Source: a virus
Taxonomy: Duplodnaviria > Caudoviricetes
IMG/VR virus record: IMGVR_UViG_3300009037_000003
Span: 32,001 to 96,000 of that record
DNA: 64,000 nucleotides
Reading direction: 5' to 3' (one strand)
In this document: one piece after another, positions 56,213 through 64,000 of the stretch
Numbering within the stretch: the stretch's first letter is position 1
How the letters are laid out: each line of letters begins with the position of its first letter
Translations under genes and position numbers: made by a program
The notes under the pieces: model-generated
Database searches by the model: none
Seen by the model: only the letters and a program-made list of their open reading frames with translations
Told to the model about the DNA's origin: nothing

Positions 56213-58594
56213 CTATGGTAATGGTGGAGCAAAAGTTGGAGGTGTTTGTTCGATGTATTCAACGAACGGACCCAACGGTCCTTCCGAATAGATACTCACA
56301 GTAACCCTAGTACCAATAGGCAACCAACCTGGACTATTAAACGGTTCTGCCAGATTACGAACATGTGTCCATTCCGGAACAAACGCTCTTAAAAGCAAAG
56401 GATCTGTGACACTACCAGCGGCGTCGATGTCTCTATAGTTCAATCTTCTTACTGTATAATACGGTCCACCGCCTTCGACCGCCTGAATAACCCCCATACC
56501 CCCTTCTGGCTTATCCATGGTGACATCCCAGAGTATATCGGTGGGTCCCTGCAAATCTTCCTGCTCTGGTGCAGCTTCGGGAGACGGTGGAGCTTGCAAA
56601 TCATCTTTCACTTCTGGAAATTCGTCGTCTGGTTCTTTCTCTGCCTCGGCCTGATCTGTCTCTCTTTCCTGCTGTCTTTTTCTCTTAAATTCACCTAACT
56701 CACGTGTATACAAATTCATCCCATATCGCGTAGTAACGCCATTATCGTCGAATCTCACAAAAACTTCGGTTATACTACCGCCTAGCCCTACGGCCTGTCC
56801 GATGTTTACTTTTGGGGTACCGACGACTTCCAACTGTCCAGTATTGATAACAGGCATTGCTGGTAAGGTGTCTATCTTTTTGCCAGCCAGATCTGTCAAC
56901 ATGTCCATAGCAGTACTATGAAACATATTTCTATCACCGAATATCCATGGAACCAAATCTTTGTCTACGATCACCTCAGATCGTCCGGGAGATGGCACTC
57001 GGCTCTTGACAAGAGACGTGTTAGACCATGGTCCATAGTGAATACCTCTATCCATTAATGGTATCCACGCCATTGATAACGATTCATGTCGGACCAAAGT
57101 ATCTGAGTCTATCACTCCGGTGTCGGGATCGATATAATACCTCGTCAAAGGTACTGGAAGCACAATGACGACATACCGGCCGTACTGTTCCAGCACGCAC
57201 CTCATATATGCTTCGCCTTCTCTCCATATCGTATTTGTGGAATTGGCCGACAGTGGCGCCCATGTGATATAGTGAGGCTTAATTGGAGATTCTTCTGTCC
57301 CTGAGCCAGTAACGAAAATACTTGGCAAAGAGACGAAAGGCCCCCACCGCCCATCTTCTGTTGTCATTTTCATCAACACATCGGGGTCGAATTGCTGGGC
57401 TCCGTGCGGAGGCGTATCGCCCTCCCACCAGGCTGCTGGAATTATTTCCGGATATGTTGGCATACTGAGCGACGAATCGGACAGGGTATTCTTGTCAAGC
57501 GAAATATAAAATCTTTTTCCCCAAAAATCGTCGACGTATCTTTTTAGTGCGGCCAACTGGTCCTGATCCATATCATCGGCAATGGCACCATTTACAACGT
57601 CGGTAAGTTGCTCAGTTGTCGTACTAACACGCCGATATTGTGGATCATTTGGCATGACGTAGGAAGGTTGAGCGAGCGGCTGTCCGTTTACATCAAGCCC
57701 CCAAAATTGATGAATTGATATGTCGGTAAAAGCACAGAGCTTTCTCTTGACGCCGCCCCATATCACCTTATGAGTAGTAATATCATTGTTTTCGAATCCG
57801 TCAACTCGTCGAATAACTTCATTGTCGTGCAATGCGGCCAAGGCATCCATATCGATCGCAATCGGGTTGCCTATACCGTCTAGCCTTCTGATGACTTTAA
57901 TTGTAATAACAATTGTTTGGTCTGTAACACTTTTGCGATGAGCTTCTACCCACCACTCAGCACCTACAGCTCCACAAAATTCCGTAATAATAGAGACAAG
58001 AGATCTGATTTCACCTTCTATGTAATACTGCTCGATGCCATCGCCACGCCAATTCGTTAGGTCTCTTAGCTCCGTCATATCGACTTCGAATACTTCGCTG
58101 CCATAAGTTAGCGTCGCGGCTTCGACACGATCTATCACCGTACTAAACATTACGCCACAATCTTCTTCTTTGCTGGAGCTATCTTCGTCTACTTCGTCTC
58201 CCGTTGTTGCAACGTAAACAATATTTGCATCTATCAGTGCAACTTCCGATTCCGGATCGTTAACATAAACGTTGGTTATATTTGCAGAATCTAGTACGGT
58301 ACGACAGTCAGTTAGCTTAATCGTATAAATACCGGTACCATTGACGTCTACCGTTGTTCTCTCCCACGACTGAACTATTCCAAGAAGATCAAGTTCCCCG
58401 AAGGAGATATGTTGCACAGATCGGATAGCGGTCATGTCGAGTGTAAAATCTTGGTTATTTTCTTCGACAACAGTAACGGTGAAGACGATGGGCTGACTAT
58501 TAAACCCCATCTGTGCAGTGATACTCTTAAAGGAGCAACCAAAAACCTTAGTGCTCCTTGCCCCCCATTCATGATCGTAGATTACAGTAGCCAT
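56213..58594 (-). CDS. putative tail tip/baseplate hub-like protein
   Basis: Beta-rich N-terminus (FTVTVVE...LGIVQSWE...YTIKLTD), SLVSIITEFC...EWWV; functional call is inference. Confidence 0.5.
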   Translation of the reverse strand: MATVIYDHEWGARSTKVFGCSFKSITAQMGFNSQPIVFTVTVVEENNQDFTLDMTAIRSVQHISFGELDLLGIVQSWERTTVDVNGTGIYTIKLTDCRTVLDSANITNVYVNDPESEVALIDANIVYVATTGDEVDEDSSSKEEDCGVMFSTVIDRVEAATLTYGSEVFEVDMTELRDLTNWRGDGIEQYYIEGEIRSLVSIITEFCGAVGAEWWVEAHRKSVTDQTIVITIKVIRRLDGIGNPIAIDMDALAALHDNEVIRRVDGFENNDITTHKVIWGGVKRKLCAFTDISIHQFWGLDVNGQPLAQPSYVMPNDPQYRRVSTTTEQLTDVVNGAIADDMDQDQLAALKRYVDDFWGKRFYISLDKNTLSDSSLSMPTYPEIIPAAWWEGDTPPHGAQQFDPDVLMKMTTEDGRWGPFVSLPSIFVTGSGTEESPIKPHYITWAPLSANSTNTIWREGEAYMRCVLEQYGRYVVIVLPVPLTRYYIDPDTGVIDSDTLVRHESLSMAWIPLMDRGIHYGPWSNTSLVKSRVPSPGRSEVIVDKDLVPWIFGDRNMFHSTAMDMLTDLAGKKIDTLPAMPVINTGQLEVVGTPKVNIGQAVGLGGSITEVFVRFDDNGVTTRYGMNLYTRELGEFKRKRQQERETDQAEAEKEPDDEFPEVKDDLQAPPSPEAAPEQEDLQGPTDILWDVTMDKPEGGMGVIQAVEGGGPYYTVRRLNYRDIDAAGSVTDPLLLRAFVPEWTHVRNLAEPFNSPGWLPIGTRVTVSIYSEGPLGPFVEYIEQTPPTFAPPLP

Positions 58595-58599
58595 TCAAA

Positions 58600-60339
58600 T
58601 TAACTCTCTGTCACTGTGTGGGTTCTTGTCCTTGTGTACTTGCCAGTAGTAGGATTCCAGGTTTCTCTGTCGCTCTCAAGAATGTACGATCCAGGATACC
58701 ATGGACTAATTGCCGGTCCATACGGAACACCTCCGGCTTCGTCCATAATGTCCGATATCGTATCAGCATCCGGTCTTGTGTCATGTCCATCCGAAGTATA
58801 CGAGACTGTTATTTGTTTTGCCGTAGCAGTATTAATTCGCTGAATAATCGGTCCTGCTATTCTACCAGGTACAATAATTTTAGCGGATATTATTTGAGGA
58901 TAGCTGATTTCGACAGACACTTCGGCATTATTATCATCCCTATCTGTCCATGTCCAGGAGACTCGTACAGTCCCATTCGTTTCGTTTACAGCACTAGATT
59001 TTGCAGTATATGACGATCCGAACGTGATTCCGGCAGGTTTTAATGAGCCAACCAGTGACTGCGCAAGCAATAAGGCCGCTGCATCGGATGGTATACTAGC
59101 CCTAGCGTTAGTAAGTCTTTCGTCTGAAGTAGATCCCTTACCGGTAATATCAACATTCAATACCAGGGTGTAGTTACCACTGTTATTGTCATATGAGATA
59201 GTAGCCTCATTGTTCTGAGAATATGTTTCACTATCGCCCGCATTCCAGTCGTAAGAAAATGTTACTACCCCGTCTTTTTCGTTTACGGTAATATTCTTCT
59301 GTGACGGAGATATGGGCACAGCATAGTCGCCAAGAAAAGCTCCCATCGCATCTATAACGGCTAAGCGGGCCGTATCGTCGTCTGGGACAGCAGCTTTGGC
59401 CGTAGCGACAGCAGACGCATTACCAATATGCCTTCCATCATACAATCCGTAGATGGTACCGGCATAACTCAGATCGATAGTATTATCCTCTACATTGTTA
59501 GTTAATGTAAACGACTGCTCGATATATGTCGCTGCCAACGCCCCAGGCCCGGCCTGTCGGATTGTCCACGTCTCGGTAATTGCATAACTGCCATCCGCTT
59601 CTGCTATCACCGTATTCTTTGTATATCCACCGTTTACCCATGCCGTAAAACCGGTAGCATATGTCACAAAATCGCTGTCTGGTCTACCAGTGATTCTAGC
59701 ATCGCACCATTGTTTCGCGTGCTGATAAGCTTCAGTCGCACTACCGGTAACCTCATCAAATGTCCTGATCCCTTTTGCACTAACTAGGTGGCTTATCTCA
59801 TATACTTTGGCGTCATGCCCCCGCAACTCATTAAACTGCCATTCGTCTGAAATTTCCTGTAATCCAGAAGCGGCAAAATCATCTTCATCTGATACTACGC
59901 CGGTCATAGAGTCGGCAACCAGGTCTATCCGATATTCACAACGATCGACCCATTGTCCATCTATGAAACTGATTGACACAATTCGCGGACGACATTTTGA
60001 TGGCGCTAATGCGCCACCATACCATTCCAAAACTTTACCATCTGTACTAAACAGCCATCTCAGAGCTTCTTGCTTCCGTTCTATTCTCGTAAAAGCTATG
60101 TCGTTTGTTCCATACGATTCATCGGGAGGTGTTCCGCTCAACGTCCAAAACGCCGCAGACGGATTATCGGATGAGAAAACGCCACTCGGAGAACCACGAA
60201 ATGGCAGTAATGTACCGGTTAACGAAATAGCATATTCGGTGCTATATTTGCTGCCACCAGCAGTAGATCGATATACCTTATCAACCGTTACAAGCGGTGC
60301 TGGAATTATTGCCTTACTGTCGTACAATACGTTAGCCAT
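58600..60339 (-). CDS. putative tail/baseplate structural protein with internal repeats
   Basis: Repeated NEKDGVVTFSYDW / NETNGTVRVSWTW / EADGSYAITETW units. Confidence 0.55.
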   Translation of the reverse strand: MANVLYDSKAIIPAPLVTVDKVYRSTAGGSKYSTEYAISLTGTLLPFRGSPSGVFSSDNPSAAFWTLSGTPPDESYGTNDIAFTRIERKQEALRWLFSTDGKVLEWYGGALAPSKCRPRIVSISFIDGQWVDRCEYRIDLVADSMTGVVSDEDDFAASGLQEISDEWQFNELRGHDAKVYEISHLVSAKGIRTFDEVTGSATEAYQHAKQWCDARITGRPDSDFVTYATGFTAWVNGGYTKNTVIAEADGSYAITETWTIRQAGPGALAATYIEQSFTLTNNVEDNTIDLSYAGTIYGLYDGRHIGNASAVATAKAAVPDDDTARLAVIDAMGAFLGDYAVPISPSQKNITVNEKDGVVTFSYDWNAGDSETYSQNNEATISYDNNSGNYTLVLNVDITGKGSTSDERLTNARASIPSDAAALLLAQSLVGSLKPAGITFGSSYTAKSSAVNETNGTVRVSWTWTDRDDNNAEVSVEISYPQIISAKIIVPGRIAGPIIQRINTATAKQITVSYTSDGHDTRPDADTISDIMDEAGGVPYGPAISPWYPGSYILESDRETWNPTTGKYTRTRTHTVTES

Positions 60340-60348
60340 AATATCCCC

Positions 60349-63300
60349 TTAGTACCCATGCACGTACAGATTATTGTAAGTGCTGTGCGTTAATGTGCTC
60401 GCATCCATATAAAGGTTGAGTCCACTACCGTACATATCAGTTATACCGCAAACGAATAATGATGATTCACACGTTTCCTGTCCGAAAAGACCTTCGATGA
60501 AGAAACTACTGGCTCCGGAAGCTTCAATAGGCGCATAACCGCTAATAACCAGAGAAATAGTATTATCAATACCTTGATCGACACGGAGCAGGCATGGCCA
60601 TGAAGTCGTATACGGCGTAAATCCTATTCTAGTTGGATCATCTGGATTGACACTGCAAACGAGATCGATATCGGAATATAACTCTCGTCCATGGGGATTC
60701 TGGCCAACGCCATGACCATAAACAAACAAGTTGCATTCCAAACCGGTAGTTGTATCAGCCTTTAAGAAAACCGGCCAGTTACCAACTAATTCCGGCGTAT
60801 CATCTGATGATTTCAGAAATAGTGACCAGTTTTTGGTTCCACCGGCACTGTATGGATAATCTGCGGCAGACGCATCAATGTATAATTCGATGCTGCTGAA
60901 ATTTTGGGAAATCCCAGGATCGCCGATAAAACCGTTAATTAGTAAATCGCAACTAACATCAGCGAGATTATCTTCTGTTTTTAGATAAAGTATCCAATTG
61001 TCGTAGAAAATAGAATTGATATATAGATCAATACCACTGCTGCATGTATCCATACCAGTACAATATAACGGAGCAGAGTCGGTACATTGTTCTGGACCAT
61101 GAGTATACAAATCAGCAGCATCGGTTGCTAGATCTTTGCCGAGTATCGTCAAATCAAGAGGTGGCTCAAATACGCCAGCCATAGTATATAGCGCTATCGA
61201 GTCTTCTGCAAGTCCATGTGCTCCGACATACAGCGGAAATCCCGAAGAACTGATGTCGTGTCCGGCTACGAACAAAATTGAGTACGCAGCGATAGGACCA
61301 CAAGTAACAAACGGACAAGAACCTTCTATAGGTAACGGTCCCATTGTATACAAGGCAGGACCATATTCTATTCCCGCAAATGTATCGAGTCCAGCAAGAC
61401 CATCAGCTTTGTAAATAAAATCTACGATATTAGGTGTTCTGGATGAGCGTCCTATATATGAAGTAGTAATTATTTCAGAAGTTCTGATATATAAGTCGGC
61501 GTGATTATTCGACGACGTTGGTCCGCTAATAAACAGCGATACTTCATCGCAGCTGGTTCCACCATCAATACCAGCCGTGGTGCCAGATTCGTCGCCAGTA
61601 GTAGTTATGCTGAAAATTCCACTACCAGTAGAACCCCCAAAAAACAGGCCGCTACCACTAAAAACGAAATCGTCAGTATAATCGATATTGGGGTATCTTA
61701 TGGGGAATAGCTTATATGTATACGTCTTGGTCGGCGATGCCGATCTGCGTTGGTCTTTCTCCGGATGATTGTCGTGACTAATCCATCTGATTGTTGAATT
61801 ATATGTGTTAGCCCATCCGTACGGCTCGATGACCCCACTTTGGGGATCGTGGAAAATTTGTTGCGCAGCCGGTGGCCTGTCTGCCTGATCTGGATAAGTT
61901 ATTTGAGCCGGACTAATATCACATATATAAAATCCAGAAGGTGGAACTTCTTCAAGCAAATACGCCGACGCATCTTCGCCGTAGCCGCCAATCCCAACTT
62001 CGAGCGTTACCAGCAATCCAGACGTAATATTGCAGGGTGTAGCATCAGAATCGAATTGTACCGGAGGGTAAACGAATGGACTAATTGTCCGATTAACGTA
62101 TGTCGGAAGTGGCGTTACAGTTGGACCATACTCTTCAAGTGGACGGTTATATACTGCGACTATGTCATATAAGAGTTGTAATTCGTCGTTAGTAAATTTT
62201 GATGTATCAGTCCATAGAGCAGCTTCTGAGAAGCCGACACTAACGGCATTTACTCCGGAATCGGCATTATTGGCCGTTAAACGGACACCAACACCTCTTT
62301 CCGAATAGAGGTTGTACGGATTAGAAGTGCTATAGACAGAACTGGCAGGTGGTCCAGTAATACCTGATCCTACGAACGTCCACGGTTGTCCGTTGACGCT
62401 TAAATACACATCCATGTGATCAGGAATATTGTTGCCGCTCGGTACGAATTCTGAACGAATTACGAAAAATGCTACGTCATCGCGATTCACACTGAGTGTC
62501 GGCCACTTTTGAATCCACGTATGATATTCCGCGTCGACGTCCGGATTCCAGGTCCACGAACTACTTGTTGGAGTTCCATAGTGTGTCGTACCACCCCACC
62601 ATAGACCAGTAGAGTCAATTTTATCGTAAGGGATATCTCTGACCGAAGTTATGACAGATAGGTCGTCTCCGTCTCCTATCTCAATACCGACAGTATGTAT
62701 CGGACTACTGTAGCCATTGACTCCGACTCCACTGGCAAATCTCTGCGAACGATAGAACCATCCAAATTCCGCTTTAACGCCCGTACCGTCCTGAACCGGA
62801 GTATTACATCCGGACATCCAGAATGCTGCTGTTATACTGCCAGAACCAGCGAACGAGTAATCCTTCAGTTCGGAATACGGGTATTCGTCGTCTACGACTA
62901 ACCCAAGAATATTTTGTTGGTAAACTTGAGTCCCTGTGAGCGATGAGCCGTATTTATTCGAAGCATATCCTTTGCCAAGACTGTTGTATGCGGGTAGCGT
63001 ACCGTCACCGACAGTGCCGGTAGCGGAACAGTCTCCTATAAGTGGCGTATTGGTGAAATATGACGATACATACCATCCGATACCCCTGACCCATTCTGCC
63101 GTGGCATCGCTACCATCATAATCCTGTAGGTAGAACACGGCGTCGGATTCTCTTATGAGGTTCGGACCTGTGTCCAACGCGCTCCATAAAACAAGAGACA
63201 GTGTATTCGAAAAGACACCACCGGCGTTCAGAAACAGATCGCCCGACCCGACTACGTTTTGGTGTCCTACCGTGACGTAGTCGCACGACAGAGCAAGGTT

Positions 63301-63999
63301 ATCATAACCATGGGTGAATAGGTCCGCTGGTTGTGAGTGCGGAATAATGCCGCTTCCGGAGGTATAGCACGGTGCGTCTCCGATACATTCATCGATACCG
63401 TGGACGAAAAGATAAACTAAGTCATCGTGGTCGTTCGGGATACCGTCTATGAATAGCGAGCATACAGAATGCGGTGTTTGAGTCCCATCTATATACAAAT
63501 TGCCACTTGCTTCGACAATCTGATAGCCTGCGATAAACAACCCAGCACTATTGGAAGCCGAAGCGACAAGTCTATTGTAGTCGTCCCAATACCCTATCGC
63601 TGCAAAATATGTGCCAGTATTGGCTCTTGAATGATAGGTTTGGATACCTTCATTAATAACATTGACATGTGTTCGGAATCCGCACGTTCCGGCATATGTC
63701 CCACCACCTGGGTTTGTTTCTCCGCATCGTTGATATCTAGAGACCGCGCTGCCAGACGCACGAACACCTAACTGATTATAATCGCTAGGGTATGTACTCG
63801 CAACAATCATTTCGGCTGTAGCATCCGATGCCGGAATACTCGTAGATGCTAAGCTCGTATCATTGAATGCGGATGTCCCAGTAGGAGGCGTTATTACTTG
63901 ATTGAGTTCTGTATAGTTGCCTGGTGGGCTATCCCAGTAACCAACGACAATAAAGTCCATCCAGTAGTCATCGCCGGTATAGACCTCGATGGCGGCGTC
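60349..63999 (-). CDS. large putative tail fibre/virion protein with ~14-16 aa repeats (5' end beyond window)
   Basis: Frame open to window end (DAAIEVYTGDDYW-M); many L(F/Y)(I/V/T)xG repeats flanking a LamG-like region. Confidence 0.7.
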   Translation of the reverse strand, partial: DAAIEVYTGDDYWMDFIVVGYWDSPPGNYTELNQVITPPTGTSAFNDTSLASTSIPASDATAEMIVASTYPSDYNQLGVRASGSAVSRYQRCGETNPGGGTYAGTCGFRTHVNVINEGIQTYHSRANTGTYFAAIGYWDDYNRLVASASNSAGLFIAGYQIVEASGNLYIDGTQTPHSVCSLFIDGIPNDHDDLVYLFVHGIDECIGDAPCYTSGSGIIPHSQPADLFTHGYDNLALSCDYVTVGHQNVVGSGDLFLNAGGVFSNTLSLVLWSALDTGPNLIRESDAVFYLQDYDGSDATAEWVRGIGWYVSSYFTNTPLIGDCSATGTVGDGTLPAYNSLGKGYASNKYGSSLTGTQVYQQNILGLVVDDEYPYSELKDYSFAGSGSITAAFWMSGCNTPVQDGTGVKAEFGWFYRSQRFASGVGVNGYSSPIHTVGIEIGDGDDLSVITSVRDIPYDKIDSTGLWWGGTTHYGTPTSSSWTWNPDVDAEYHTWIQKWPTLSVNRDDVAFFVIRSEFVPSGNNIPDHMDVYLSVNGQPWTFVGSGITGPPASSVYSTSNPYNLYSERGVGVRLTANNADSGVNAVSVGFSEAALWTDTSKFTNDELQLLYDIVAVYNRPLEEYGPTVTPLPTYVNRTISPFVYPPVQFDSDATPCNITSGLLVTLEVGIGGYGEDASAYLLEEVPPSGFYICDISPAQITYPDQADRPPAAQQIFHDPQSGVIEPYGWANTYNSTIRWISHDNHPEKDQRRSASPTKTYTYKLFPIRYPNIDYTDDFVFSGSGLFFGGSTGSGIFSITTTGDESGTTAGIDGGTSCDEVSLFISGPTSSNNHADLYIRTSEIITTSYIGRSSRTPNIVDFIYKADGLAGLDTFAGIEYGPALYTMGPLPIEGSCPFVTCGPIAAYSILFVAGHDISSSGFPLYVGAHGLAEDSIALYTMAGVFEPPLDLTILGKDLATDAADLYTHGPEQCTDSAPLYCTGMDTCSSGIDLYINSIFYDNWILYLKTEDNLADVSCDLLINGFIGDPGISQNFSSIELYIDASAADYPYSAGGTKNWSLFLKSSDDTPELVGNWPVFLKADTTTGLECNLFVYGHGVGQNPHGRELYSDIDLVCSVNPDDPTRIGFTPYTTSWPCLLRVDQGIDNTISLVISGYAPIEASGASSFFIEGLFGQETCESSLFVCGITDMYGSGLNLYMDASTLTHSTYNNLYVHGY

Positions 64000-64000
64000 G

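Noticed and set aside
92-63121. Many short antisense or nested ORFs in the six-frame track
   Set aside because: They lie inside or opposite well-supported genes and lack motifs; treated as shadow ORFs.
1-64000. Cellular (e.g. CPR) chromosome origin
   Set aside because: No ribosomal or core cellular genes; phage-type gene content, a single strand switch and large structural-like ORFs favour a large phage, although capsid and terminase genes are not in this window.

Overview
This is a 64 kb segment of a large (jumbo-type) tailed dsDNA phage genome in the standard genetic code, gene-dense and about 42% GC by eye. Positions 1-48.8 kb are all + strand. They carry a Ycf46-like AAA ATPase/DUF3150/DUF1257/DUF2997 module, nucleotide metabolism genes (IMPDH/GMPR, ThyX, intein-containing class II RNR, dCMP deaminase, DUF5664), an orphan BrxL-like ATPase, ClpP and a sigma factor. 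They also carry replication and recombination genes: RecA, DnaB, DnaG, RNase HI, two Cas4-like nucleases, SSB, and a DnaE split into two separate genes 7.7 kb apart. Two blocks hold at least nine glycosyltransferases plus methyltransferase and radical SAM genes; one GT4 carries a LAGLIDADG intein. Positions 48.8-64 kb are - strand and encode large acidic, probably virion (tail/baseplate/fibre) proteins. The strongest novelty candidates are (i) the large glycosylation system, (ii) a ~400 nt highly structured non-coding element behind its own promoter at 5.5-6.0 kb, (iii) a plant Whirly-like ssDNA-binding protein paired with a putative annealase, (iv) the intein-free split DnaE, (v) the AAA/DUF1257/DUF2997/DUF3150 module and (vi) the stand-alone BrxL. 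Family calls come from recognising motifs by eye; no database searches were run. I saw no tRNA, rRNA or CRISPR array.
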